DNA of 64,000 nucleotides from Leptogorgia sarmentosa (Eukaryota): NCBI GenBank assembly GCA_964658305.1, contig OZ210884.1, positions 3,720,001 to 3,784,000 of the forward strand, read 5' to 3'. Shown piece by piece: positions 1 to 13,419 of this stretch (position 1 is its first letter; each line of letters starts with the position of its first letter). The notes under the pieces were generated by a model. It saw only the letters and a program-made list of their open reading frames with translations, ran no database searches and was not told where the DNA came from. The position numbers and the translations under genes were made by a program.

Positions 1-7
1 GTACACA

Positions 8-377
8 TTACTCAATCGCTTCGCGCCCAGTATTATAGCGTTGATTTCCCAATTCGAACTGATGTGAAATAGGTAATAAAACCGACCGGAATTGAAACTT
101 GTTCAAGATTAACAAACAAATGTCATGTACTTTATTGCCGTGAAAATCTATCGCTATCAAAGTGTAAAGCTTAAAATGTTCCGGCTGTAAGACAACTCTC
201 ATCTCAACATCAACTTTCTAGTCTGATTATAGACATGCATTTGTAAATACAAATACTTACAAAAGTCCTTGATAATATTTCCTGAAGTTTGCACCCAATG
301 CTATCCAATATTTCCTCGTTCGATGTTTCTTCTTTAACTGCCGTCGTATAACTGAAGTTTTGATGTGGCCAGCCCAT
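8..377 (-). CDS. Possible small two-exon coding region of unknown function
   Basis: 377..261 reads MGWPHQNFSYTTAVKEETSNEEILDSIGCKLQEILSRTF and ends at a GTAAGT donor in phase 0. An AG acceptor before 217 joins in frame to KVDVE plus ORF 8..202. The implied intron is only 43 nt and I recognise no domain, so support is weak. Confidence 0.25.
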
Positions 378-3300
378 ATTTATACAACATCCTCCGCACT
401 ATGACGAAGGATTCGAAACTGGGAACAGTTCGTGTACCTTTGTTTCCGAACATGAAAATTCGTGTTTGCCACAAGCTGTGTTTGCTGTAAACATGCTCAA
501 ATTATGCACAATAGAGATTCATCTAGATAAAGCTCAAATTGTAGATTTATCGGTTGACTTATTGAATGTGATTGCTCTAAAACTTCCATATCTTTTCATA
601 AATTTTTATCGTTATAAGTAACTGCTGCTTTCGTCAAAAGAGCTAGGATTATTTGAAAATATTTATATAGCCAAAGGCGAGTGTCGAGTCGAGTTGTTTT
701 TTGAATGAGTTCCTCTTTTAACGCTAATTTGAATACAAATAGATGTTGTCATTCAAAAAATAATGCGATTGTATATTGTTGGAACGGAGCTGGAACAACG
801 CACATTGTACTTTATTCTTCCTTCAGCTGAAATTCATGCCCTTAAACACGTTTATGCATGCCGTTAGGTGCAAGACATGACACGTAGTTTTGATAGTTTC
901 ATAAGGTCATGTCGTATCTGATCATAGCTAGCTAAATATTTGTTTGGTCCATGATCGAACAATTGTAGCTTCCTTGAAGTGCGATATATTTGTAAAATAT
1001 TTGCATATACATATATAGTATGGCTACTAAAAAAACAGTGTTTTGATTCAGAAATTGGCGGGAGAATGCAAAGTTTTGACAATGTTTATATCCCTACATT
1101 TTTAGATCTTCTTCTCGTGCTTATATTCAATATTCGACAATATATATCTACGGTTAAAAGTACAAAATATGACAGACGGCATACACTTATAAGAACAATA
1201 AAAACACACGCGTCTTCAAATAGTTGTAACATATTAATTCTGTATGAGGTTGCTAGTGCCATGCTTTGTTATGTAGAAACTTGTAGAAACTTCGAATTCC
1301 GAGTATCATACAATTCACGCTATAGACATTACAATACAAGTGACACAAGGCACAATCAATATTATATGATGCATGCATGCATAGCTACATGTGCAGCTGA
1401 CGCATACTGTTTTTGTTTGCAGTACCAGGTCTATAAATTCGCTTATTTTAAGTCTTGTTTTCGGCATGCATGTTATTTTCGTCCAACGTGTGCACGTGTT
1501 AACAACATTCGGCTGCCTTGCAGGTTTATAGTTGAACTAAATTCAAATCATTTAAAGTTTAAACATTGTCCTGAAATTGCGATATTTTATTCACTGCATA
1601 GTTAAATTGACTCAGTGAACCATGTAATATTTCCATAGTAATATTATATTTAATTAAGTCGATATTGCATCGATATAATAATTATATATATATTTTGTTT
1701 ATTTTTTGCGACATAGTAATTATATACTTTGCTCACTCTTGTATATACCATAAAATATATCGAACTCTACACATATTTAAGCGTAAATTTTAGACATGTT
1801 TGTGGGTTGAAATATGTGACTGAGCCCATTTGAAACTACGTAATTGGTTTTAAAAGCCATTGTGCAGTGACAGCATGATGTTAAAGCTGTGTTATTAGCT
1901 ATAACATACCGAATAAATTCTTTAAAAGTTTACATGGTGTAAGTAAATATTTTTCGAAGTTTGTAATTTACGCTACGTAATTTTATTATTGTCAAGCTTT
2001 CGATTCGTAAGCCCGGCGATCTAGAGGCTCTAAATTCTCAAAATTTTCTCGCTCAACGCCAACCATGGTGGCGTCTCGTGAGAGATTTTCAAACCGTTCC
2101 TACGCCCCTGCAGTGCTAATAAGTAAACATCTCACTTGTCCTAATTCACACAGTCGCTTTAATACCACAAGCGTCGTGATCAATATGATCAATTTGAAAG
2201 TTAACAGAGAGTTAGCTATACAGATTGACAGTTTTTCATCAACGTCTAACCCCAAACCGCAAAAAATTACGCGATATATTTCCCGCCGTTTTTTATAGCT
2301 ACACCTCTACAGGTAAGCTGATTACCTCAAGATATTATGAACTAAATAATGAGCTATTACACGTTTTCTTAGTAAATTGATGACAAGGAATGATTGTTGC
2401 TTTATTTCTGAAGTCTTTTTGACCTCTGAAGAAAAACTATTTAATATTTTGTAAATTTTAATTACTGCAATTTTAATGTAAATTTAATTACCGTATATGA
2501 CTGATAATATTATCGTATAGACTGCGCATATAGCTACGACTCGAATTCGCAGTTTTGGAATATACATCTTGTATACGTAAGTGTGATGGCCTAAATTAAA
2601 AAAACTTCACGGACGAGTTTTGAAACTACGGCTATTTGAAACTTCTTGAAAATGAGAAAATATAGAATTTTTGGTTCGACAACATCAGTATCCGCGCATG
2701 TCCATATCTTTTTTAGTTCTGTGGCTGAAAGAAGAAATCATCGCGAAAATTAAGCCGGGACTGTGCTCGAAAAAAACAAACAACATTCGGCCATGCCAAT
2801 TGTGAGAAAACCCTATCTCGTTTTTTTTGCATCTTGTTAGATCTAAGTAGTGCAATGAAACATTTTGTCAACAATATAGGTCGCACTAAAAGAAGGACTA
2901 TAAGGGCTGTTTAACAACATACGCGTACTGTTTTAACTTCAAAAACGAACGATTCTCATGACAAACGTGCGCTTTTCCCTCGGATAATCCAAACAAACAA
3001 GCAAACTGTTTTCAAAATACGGCTGAGTTGTCTCGAATATTCCATGCGCGTCTGATCGATATATAGATCGCGTTAAAACTGTAGGGAGCCACATTAAACA
3101 GCGTTTTAAAAATAAAAAAATGAATTTATTGATTTTAGTTACATTCGTCCAATGATTCATTTTGTTTTTTAATTCCCGCGCAATCCACCGAACTCGCGTG
3201 AAAATTCTCGTGTTTTAATAGTGTGATAGAAACATGGGTTTTTCGAGCTCTCGACCAATCAACGCCTGTGTTTTTTGGCTATTTTATAAATAATGATTAA

Positions 3301-3846
3301 TGTTTGCATAACTAAGGCCATGAAAAGATTCCCATTGTTATATCACGACTACCGAATCAGCAGATAACAACAGTATTAGCCAGAATAAATACAGTATAAC
3401 GTAGTAACGGGCAGTAAAATGCAGTGATGTGATAAATATATTTATTTAATTAATATACAATATATATATAATTTCAAATTGACACAGATGTCATTTAATT
3501 AAACAATTATAAATTAACGTCTTCATAGATTCATGCCTTCTTTATATGTTGGCAACTTTTTGTCTGTTATATAATGGCTACATAGTATACAGTATAAATC
3601 AAATAATAGATTTGGAAACTTTATGCTAATTTTTTTTCATTTTCTCGTTGAAAAATCAGTTTAATTTTGGAGAAAATAACATAATCAGTTCAGCGGAGAG
3701 CAATTCAAAATTGCAGTGAAGTCAATGTGTTTTTGTCGTTCATCCATTCAAATACGTCCTTCGTTCACAGCTGCAAACGGTTATCATTGGTGGCGGTTTA
3801 AACGTTGAGGTGATTTGCAGTCGTTTCGTCGGCTGTGAGTGCAGTA

Positions 3847-6412
3847 TTACGTAGACAAAGTAACGTTTGCTGCTGTTTTTGGCTTCGGTGAAAGCGTTGA
3901 TGACGCATTCCCTTCTATACCAGCTTGTAGGATCTGGTTTGTTTGGGCTGTTGTTGATACTTTTGTTGCTGAAATTGTTGTGGCAGGTTTTGACGGTGAC
4001 GTCACTGGATTTGTTGCCGATACAACGTTGCTGGATATTGTTGTTGTTGTTGTTGTATTTGTTTCTTTTGGTTTTGCTGCTGGACATTTCACGAGACTGG
4101 GCAGGATCTGTACGTCATAGGTTCTATACAGGTAGTGGTCTAAGCAATAGTAGTCGCCTCCTTTATCGCCATTCGTCATTCCTGGCACTGCAAATACATA
4201 ATAATTAAATAAGTTTAAGGTCTCGGATTGTCACATCATCAATCTAAAAGCCGCTATTGCCCAAATCAGTGGCGAAGCGCAATGCGAGATCATTATAATC
4301 GTCATTCATTTCTTTAGAAATTAATTGCTCTCTCGGTCTATGAACCGACAACAATATTTGCACAGCATGAAAAAAGTTGTAGCCTTTTAAAAGATGCTAT
4401 AGAAAGATTACGACAATCGTACGTGTCAATAGACCCTTGAAATGCTTACGTCACGCCAGTGTCAAAAAATGAATCGCAATGCAATGTGGGAAACATGTGG
4501 GAATAAATTTAACTGTATTCACATGCATAGAAAACCGTGTGACCTAAGCACTTCAAAGGTCTATTGCATGTGACAGTTGTAAGCAAAATCTGTACAGTGT
4601 AAACCGCTTGATGACGATGACTGCAAAAATTCCCCGAATGCCTGCCTCACTCAAGAGCAATCTGCTGAGGTGACAGCACTCGTGCCTATTGGCGTAACCA
4701 AAATGTTCCCGTATGCGGCAAAATATTGAAATATTTTTTGGCACGGGTGACGAAAACCTCACAAAATTTTGCCGCACACGGGAGCATTTTGTTTACGCCA
4801 ATAGGCACGAGTGACTGTCAGCTCAGCAGATAGTTGACTGTGGTGTGCAGCAGGTTTAACATGCTATCATAACGTTCCTAATTTTGTTGCAAAAAAATGC
4901 TGACTTAATTTTAATAAAGTATATTAATTGCAAAACACGTTTAACTTTTCTCCGTGCAACTTAATCTTTGTCAAAAATGCCTTATTCCATCAAAGTGCAA
5001 TAATCTTAAAGATAAGTAACATACCATGTAGAAGCTTTTGAAAGCACCGATTCATCTCCTTTTTGTATTCAGCATTTGTAATATGGCATTGGGGAACGTA
5101 TGCAAAACACGGCTGGGATTGGATTAAACCTAGTGCCCTTCGAACACGCACGGATCGTATTCTAGAATGAAAGAATATCCATTATTCTAATGTGGGGAAT
5201 TGGTACACAGTATACAAGTGAAGGCTATATGGATAGTTCCATGCAGCTGTAAAGTAAATTTCAATCGATCCAGGCACGAGGAGCGAAATTGATCACGACT
5301 TCAGTTGAGGATGTGAAATGGGATTCAGGATTTGCTGGTAAAACAGGACTTTTCGCGCAAGATCGAACTGGGGTTCATCAACATACAAACGATAGAATGT
5401 GGAATATGCTTGAGATTTGAGCACAGCTATTGGAACTATGGGATTTGTAGACTTCATGGGACAATGCTTTAGTCAAAATGTCGATTGGTAAGTGGGAATA
5501 CAATAATGGCGAAGATTACCACCTCCAATGGCTAATATTTTTATAGATTTTTATTGGGTTATTATTTAACCACTTCTGTTTCGTTTAATTTTTCGTGCCC
5601 AAGGATCAAACTTTAGTCAAGATGTGGACGATATTGTGGGAAATAATGAACGAAAAAGCATCACAAATATGTTATAAATCCTGATTATTTTCTAAAAATG
5701 CTCTATAAAGTGATCTTTGTGAGCTGGTGTAAGGCAGGTCTGCGGGCGGTAGCTAGATACACAATCCCCCGCACAAAATGTTTTCACAAACAACTAGCAG
5801 GGAACATTTAATCTTGTACCATCATGTGACAGACTTTGTAGGGAAATCCTCCCCAACACCTGATAACCCCCTCTCTCAACAAAAATAACAGTTTAGCTGC
5901 AGCTCGTATAATTAGCTACTACAATCAATTCAAATGGTGTTGAAAGTTCACTTTTAAAGTTTAAACCAAGTCTGTCTCCAATGAATCTTTTTTTTTATTT
6001 TTTAGTACGTACAACCCAGACAAAAGCCATTCATTATATTGTTCATACTTTGTGTAAAGCCCTCGAATTTTAATTTATTTTATTTTATTAGAAGTTGTCC
6101 TAAGTCAAGTAATTCGTACCGTTGAAAACCCTTTTAGCTATCAACAAATCAACATACTATATCATAAAATATATTTTCGATATCTATACATACAACAAAA
6201 CTAGGTTTGGTATTAAACGCTCAACTTGTGTTCAGATTGATAACTTATAGATCTAAGAGAATCTTTTATACGAGGTTATGTTTCGATAAAACAAAGTTAT
6301 GAGCTCACCTTTGTTCATTTAGTCTAACGTCATCCGCTTTTCCCAACGGAACGGTTATGATTTCAGAGATAACGCAGAGGATTATTGAGATGATGAACCA
6401 AATGGATGCCAT
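3847..6412 (-). CDS. Secreted precursor protein (193 aa): signal peptide, propeptide, RVRR furin site, Cys-containing domain, Thr/Ser-rich mucin-like tail
   Basis: Exons: 6412-6309 (MASIWFIISIILCVISEIITVPLGKADDVRLNEQ, GTGAG donor, phase 2); 5161-5025 (IRSVRVRRALGLIQSQPCFAYVPQCHITNAEYKKEMNRCFQKLLH, TAG acceptor, GTATGT donor, phase 1); 4187-3847 (CAG acceptor, VPGMTNGDKGGDYYC...TLST*). All phases join into one frame. Minus-strand AATAAA at 3441-3446. Confidence 0.85.
4427..4566. mobile_element. MITE in intron 2 of the secreted-precursor gene
   Basis: Terminal inverted repeats CAATAGACCCTTGAAATGCTTACGTCAC and GTGACCTAAGCACTTCAAAGGTCTATTG. Confidence 0.7.
4660..4831. mobile_element. Foldback/MITE-like inverted repeat in intron 2
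   Basis: Arms of about 65 nt: ATCTGCTGAGGTGACAGCACTCGTGCCTATTGGCGTAA... and ...TTACGCCAATAGGCACGAGTGACTGTCAGCTCAGCAGAT. Confidence 0.75.
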
Positions 6413-6554
6413 ATCGTATATATGTATAGGTAGATTCTGTATTGGAATGAAGAGCAATGAATAATTAGGAATATGTTTGAGTAGGCGTAGACTAAGAAAC
6501 TAATATAAAAAAAAAGATGAAAGGTGGTATTGCTCAACATGTCTTTATACTTTG

Positions 6555-6618
6555 TCACATATATATAGCCTGTTAAATATTTCAAAACTCCTGGCGAATG
6601 AAAGACACACTGACGTCA
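6555..6618 (-). promoter_or_regulatory. Candidate promoter: TATA-like run plus a perfect CRE palindrome
   Basis: TGACGTCA at 6611-6618 and TATATAT near 6560-6567, 150-200 nt upstream of the ATG at 6412. Motif match only. Confidence 0.35.
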
Positions 6619-9600
6619 AATAAATATTTCGATGTAATTACGGACGGATGTGCATGTAGGTATACTAGGTATAATGCTTTGCAGGTTTGGCTATTTTGGG
6701 GCAATCCGCTCGTTTTAGAAAACTGAAGATGCATGTTTTTGGTGCATGGTAAATAGAAAATACAAAAATATCATAGTTTGTCACTTATAGTTAATTACTT
6801 TTCATTTGCGATTACACCAGCTATTTTATTAGTTAGTACAAGTTAGTATACATTAGTTAGTATAATATAATGCTGTTAGTTTTAGTTAATTCGTTAGTTA
6901 TTTAGACACTTAGTTTTTGGTAGATTTCGCTGGTCAGTTAGTACTTTAGTTCTTGTTAGAAGGTTATAGCTTGCTATTAACTTTAGTCAAATTTTCTTCG
7001 TAAGTAATTAAGGTTATACTTTTTTCCACTGATGTAGCAATTAGCCAGTTTTTGGAAGGTTAAATAGTTCATAATTTAGCTTAATCTTAAATTTGCCAAC
7101 AAAATTTACCTGCAACAAATAGTTATTTATCGCGTGCCACTAAAATATCTCTCATATCGATAATTACATGCAGGAAGTGGTTAAGGACCGTTCAACTTTT
7201 AATTATTTCATACTTATACGTATTAACTTTTTGGCTGTGCGGTCTTCGAATGTAGCTATATCAATAATTCTCTGTTCGTGTGTATAGCTTTTTCAAACGT
7301 TTGTTGAAAGGCCTAAAGGGTGTTGGATGGCTTCGTTTTTTCTTTGAAACCCAGGAAAGCCATTATAGACACCCCGTCGTTCAGAATTTTATAAGATATA
7401 ATATTTCTTTCTCAGCCTTTTAACTTATAAATAAAAGCTCTTTTCATCCCTTTGGGGTTGTATGCCAAATTCACACGAAATACGTGAGAACTATAGGACT
7501 TTTACAACGAATACTTGAAATACAGTCATTTCGCCGTTGTTTCAAAAAAAATTGATGCGCGAAATAAAACGCGAATTTGTAATAAAGAAAATCTTTGCAT
7601 GTTGCTAAGCATGATTTCCAAACTTTCTAAGGATTGTCGGAAATTGCATGTTATATATGTATCCGTTTTTGTATTGTATATATGTATGTATATATATTTA
7701 TTGTACTACAAAAACCAACTGATTTATAAAAATGTGAATGGGGTAGACTTGTAGCGAATAGTTGAGGTTTCAAACACGTAGAGTGTATCCTGTATCGTTC
7801 TGAATTTTGAATGAAAACTAGTGCTAAATAATTTCCTAGTTTTCTTACGCGTGTGTTGCTATGGGAACCTTACGTGGAATATAGGAAAGAGGAAACCATT
7901 AAAATATATGAATGTTCTACATTCAATATACAGCTATACCACTATTTTTAAATTCTATCAACGTGGCATTACAATCGGTCCACTTATGATTATATCCACG
8001 TACTAAAACGTGCATCTTAACTCGTGCAAGTTAAACCACACCAAATCAAAGTTCGAATTTTTCAATTTCCACGAATTCAACTTTGCATGTGTAAAGAGTT
8101 CAACTGATATTGGTTTTCGCAATGCTAGTGTCACTGCAAGTTCAGTGATAAATGTATTTTTGAAGAATCCTACAACTTCTATATTGTAGCCGGCGTGGCA
8201 TCAAAATTCGTCAATTACACGTTAGCAAAAGTTATGCTACACTAACAACCTGAATATTAAATAATATTAAATAATAATAACAAATTCAATAACGTCTTAT
8301 TTTTTCTATTTAATATTTTGATTTTATATCAGGCAGACCAATGCTTCGGTTGTAAATTTTCATATGCCGTAGTTATCGATGTGCTAACGATAAAATAAAT
8401 AAGCGTGTTATGATTTTAATCAAGTTGTTATCAAATTTGAAAAATTTTTAAATTTTTAAAAAGTGAAATCGCATTTTTAGGGCACGTGAATCGTGAAATG
8501 GCTATTTTTTTATCCGTGAAACGTGATTCATACCCCCACCCCACCCCACCCCTTTACTACCCTCAATATACCCTAAGGCTTCAAACTGTCTCCACGCTGT
8601 CACTAACACACAAAACCTTGGGCATGCGCATTGGAAGAAACGGTAGAAAATACCGCGAAAACGTCGGTGTTTTGACCCACGCGAGGTTAACGTTCCAATG
8701 CACGCTACAGCAACTTCCTGAAACGTGTAATAGCTACCTTCCATACCAACGACCATTGCGTGCATTTAAAATTCTTTCAGCTCTTAATAGAGGTCATTGA
8801 TACTCTGAATCTGGGCATTTCAAGATCCTTCAGCATGCACGCACGCCAGGTTATCAGTAAACTTCCCAGGCTTCAGCTGGCCTTTTGCCTGAGCTAATAC
8901 GTGATTTGGAATAGTCTTAAATTCTTCATTTAATATAATTATGGAGAACAATTGTTATTGAGGTCCACGCCTACTGTTTTGAAACTATACTGCACGTGTC
9001 ACCTATTATAAAAAGATTGAAGGCGGAAATTGGTAGGCCGTAGTCCTGACAAAGCGCCAAGAACGGTATTGTGTATACACTGACGTTTTGCAGCATTTTA
9101 TGAACAATTGTTGGACGAGATTTTTGTGATATGCGGAATAATCAATGACAAGCTAAGTGATGCTAATTCCGCATATATCACTGAAGCTCAATTCAATATT
9201 TGCCTTTTCATAATTAAATAGCAAGGAAGACGTAAATTGGCCAAATTGCGCATTTGTTTTATTTCTCAACGCATTCTGCAAGCCGTAACATGCTCGTAGG
9301 CTCAACATCTATGTAAATTATTCATCTACTGGTTGCGTGATTGCTTGATTTATCTGAATGCAATCGATGAAGATCTTTTACAATTAGGGTTAACTCAAAA
9401 AATTTCGTCTTCTCGTCGCCAAGGCCGCTACATGATATTGCTACGACACATGCAAACTGATCATCTCGTTCAAGATTATCTCCATGTTTAAATATAATTA
9501 AGCTACAGGATCAATCCGATCAATCGTGCAAGCCGATGAAGTTCCTTTTCGCACGTCATCATGGCCCTCTCTCTAGGTCGAATTTTATAAGCAGTGGGGT

Positions 9601-9840
9601 AAATAACCAGCGAACGTTGACACTGGGTTGGAAAAGTAGGAAGTATAAAGGCGCTTGATAATAATACAAGGAACTAGTGATAAGAGCGGCTATGCAAATT
9701 TTATATGAAAGAGAACAGGAATATTGATCTGGAGTTGATATAAGTGATAATTATACTAATTTGTGCATCACAATGTTTGTCATGAGGTAATAAGGATTGT
9801 AGCATGCGGAAGAAAAAAAAACTTCAAGCATGGGACAAGT

Positions 9841-10051
9841 GTAGTTAGCGCATATCAACATCAACAGGCACAAAAGGTTATATTCAATACCTAAGCCATA
9901 AGTTTCGATGTTTCGAGCTAGCAAAGACCGCCCCTTTGTCGAGGATTACAGGACTCGAAACGTTGAATCCTATTTGACATTGTATTGTATCGTTTAGTTC
10001 TAATGAGTATGGAAGTTTTGCTGCTTGTTGATGTTGTTATCCGCCAACTAC
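9841..10051. repeat. Inverted-repeat element of a dispersed family (partial copies near 15353-15410, 17930-17990, 23205-23290)
   Basis: GTAGTTAGCGCATATCAACATCAACAG pairs with CTTGTTGATGTTGTTATCCGCCAACTAC. Inner arms are CGATGTTTCGAG and CTCGAAACGTTG. Confidence 0.6.
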
Positions 10052-13000
10052 ATGGGCTCCCACCTTTATTTAAAACCAAATTTCAATTTCCGCTCGTTCG
10101 GGAGTGGTAAGTACCCTATAATTAAAGAATCTACCTAAAGGGAGTGGTTCTATATATAGCTGTTACGAAGCGACACATGCAAAGATAATACACAAAAATC
10201 GAGCTGTTTCGCGGGGTTACCAAAGTGACACATACGCGTACAGAAAATAATAGACAACAATCGAGCCATTTATAGGCAAGGGAAGGAAAGCAGGGAATAT
10301 TGCAAGCTGGATTTACTGTCATTTCTTGGATTTGTCAAAATATTTCTGGAGTTGTAAATCGAAATGACTGGAGTTACCGTTTTTACTTTCATTTTCAATG
10401 TACAGAAAATTGTAATTATTTATCCCGAGTCTTTTGCTTTTTTTTCTTTTGATTGCATGTCAGACTTAATTCACTAATGACTCTGAGTCTGAGAGTTATC
10501 ATTCCAGAGATATCGTCACTGAGATATTAAGGGTCAGTCACTGACTGTTTGTTTCCCATGGCATGTAATCAGTCAAAAGATTTACACGAAGTATTAAACG
10601 AGCTTTGCAATATTTTTCATGAATAAAATAATTAAACATTTGTGTGTGTGCAATCGAGGGTTAGGAGTTAATTAAAGTTATTATATAATATCGTTGCTCG
10701 GAATAATGCCGGCTGTGGGACAGTATAATTATGTCCTACATACATCCATAATCAAGAGTTTCCAATTTCGTATTAGCTTCTATATTTGGTAAATGAAAAA
10801 CTCACAAATATTTAAATTCTATATTGGTGTGCATAAACAGGAAGTGAACTCCTCTGTACACCCAGTTAATTCTCATGTCACCTCTATTACCTATGTACAT
10901 ATACAGCTTGGTCAATTGAGTCACCCGCCGGTAGCTAAGAAAGCATTATTTTGAATGATCTCTTCTAGAACTGACTGCATTCATACCGCGTTTCCTCACA
11001 CTGCATGTATATAGGTATTCCTTTACGTTCTCGATATCACATCCTCAGTATTCTTAAGAAATGTCAAACTCATATCGATAATATCATAACACTGCAAAAT
11101 TTCAAAAATGACATAACTGCGTTTTATTCACGTGATACGCTCGACGCTGAAGCTTCTTGGTTAACTCCAAACGAATAAACCACACAATTATTGTAGATTG
11201 TTAATCAGTATTCGTACTTTATGTTTGCTTGACAGTATATGTAATTTGGTCGCTTTCACAAGGTTTAAAACGTTGTAAAATTGACCACTAAGACTAAGCA
11301 TTTGGCAATTCACTATGGCAATTCAGCTATATAAGTATTGAGTAATCCTGGCTCAAATTCAAATCCGTTGTTTTAGTTCGCGCGTTAAAACTCTTACTGA
11401 TCCAGACCACATTTCTGAAGAAATATTTCTGAATCTATATAGACAAGCCGTCGGGAAGTTTAGGGTAAGCCAATCGGCCTTAAAATAACCACACTCTCCC
11501 GTATTGGGCTGACTTTGTTGGAGGCACAGTAGACAATTTAGTGAATTCGAATTAAAAACTTAACACAGGTTTTTAGCTACATATGTCGACACTACCCAAA
11601 AGTCCAAGGGACCGTTTTTCTGACACCATATATTGTTATGCGTTTTACTGTGATTACGCGATGCCAAATTTGTATAAATGAATTTTCCAACATGTGTACA
11701 ATATACTTCCTGGTATATAATGTCGAAATGAAGTCACATAGCTGTCACAAGCTGCAAGTGCATGTCTCCCGAAGCGAAGTAGGCCAAATGCGTTGATGTC
11801 AGGCACGATACCGTTCGCTCAAGCGTTAACTAGCACTCGTGATTAAACGTTTAAAATTTTCCATAATTACATATCTACCTTGACCGCTCGTGCGACATTA
11901 TTTGGCAAAGTTTCAGCAGTCCGTCGTCGTCAAACGATTTATAGTGTGATGCGTAATTGTGTGAGAAAATTCAAAGTGAAAGTTTGCTTTCAACGCACAA
12001 AACGTTATTTGTTTAAAAATATTTGATCTTTCAACCTCAAATGACGTTCGGACAAGTCATTTCGGTCAGTTATTTCGGTTTCAGTAACATTTTTGGCGCG
12101 CCATGAATATCAATCTGTAAAATATAGGCTTTCAGATTTTCGATTAAAATACGTCAGACTCATAGACTGCGTCTCTGTCAAAATATTCATTCGTGATTTT
12201 GGAACAACCCATGTTCGTTAGAAAATGTTAATCGCAAATTTAGCACTCATTCTTTGCAAATCTTTCTGACGTTTACATCCCGAACTGTCACACGCTATTT
12301 ATAAATTACACGAAACTTACACACACTAAACAAACTCGAAGCGATTGCATGAAAAATTATGACACAGAAAGAATTTTTGAAGGAGTCGTTTGATGTTATA
12401 TTGCGTTGACACTTTTAGTTTACAAAGACAATATATTACACCAAAAAGAGTAATAAAACATTACGTAAATTGGTACGTACAAACTTTTAAACTGAACTTT
12501 AACAGATCATGAAGAATAGCCACAAGGTTACTTACGTTGAGGAGATATGCTGTCTTCGGAAAGCTTGAACTTTCAATCTGATGAATGTGGTCAATATGGT
12601 GTACGTAAATATGTGTGTGCGCTTCCTTCGTCTTTGTTCGAGATGTTTTGGAAGTGAGCGAGGCCGTTGCTTTTAAAGCTTTCCTCATGCCGTCGCCCAC
12701 GCTTCATTAAAATTCTACAATGTCGTGAGGTACTTGTACGGCTGAGGGGAAGCACTTGTGGCTCCCAAGTGCTTTGGAATTCGTGTTATCTTCATATTCT
12801 TCAAATTAGCAAAACATAAATTAAACCGAAATATTTTTCCCATCAGAATTCGAATTACATGCAATGCGGTTGATATACTGCACGCGACCGCAAGGTCGTT
12901 TTGAAATTTTTTCTAAATTTATATAATTATTCACTGCATTGGAACGACATAGAATAATCTATCTTCGTATTTTTTTTCATGTACTAATGTGGTATAGATT

Positions 13001-13419
13001 TGTATTTAAAAAAAATTTCAAAGAATTATATGTTGCGAATTTTACAGAGGTTAGAAGGCCGGCGAAAGCGTTATCCGGCGTTTCTATGATAGGCCGAAGG
13101 CATAGACTCGACTATCAGATTGCATTCAACATACAAATAGTGTTAGATTTGTGATATCCACGCACTAATTAGCGACCATAGTGCATGTACTGCACACGGC
13201 GCTTGCATGGGCGGTAAAAAAAGGCAGATCACATTTATTTGTTGAGTGGGAAACAATTTCCATGGCCATATAAGAATATTTCTACTGTATTTCTATTGAC
13301 CACAGCCCAAGTCATTTGTTTTTTGTAAATGACGTTTTAATGTATAGCGACCGTTAGCTAGCTTCATCAATATAGTATCGTCATTGAAGCATCGTCGCTA
13401 TTGTGTGCGACATGAAATT

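Noticed and set aside
979..1605. 208-aa ORF
   Set aside because: Non-ATG start, AT-rich composition, no recognisable domain or splice structure; probably a chance ORF.
3740..4208. Overlapping ORFs 3740-4087, 3839-4120 and 3867-4208
   Set aside because: Alternative-frame and antisense shadows of the low-complexity Thr-rich exon.
5069..5161. Frame reading CSKGTRFNP..C, resembling a chitin-binding type-2 domain
   Set aside because: It hits a stop and does not fit the splice phases; a different frame joins all three exons.
5355..5420. QDRTGVHQHTNDRMW, resembling a Merlin/IS1595 transposase C-terminal motif
   Set aside because: Too short and degenerate, with no TIRs or further motifs.
12461..12707. 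Minus-strand ORF with a GTAAGT donor at about 12535
   Set aside because: No partner exon or domain found, so no gene model can be supported.
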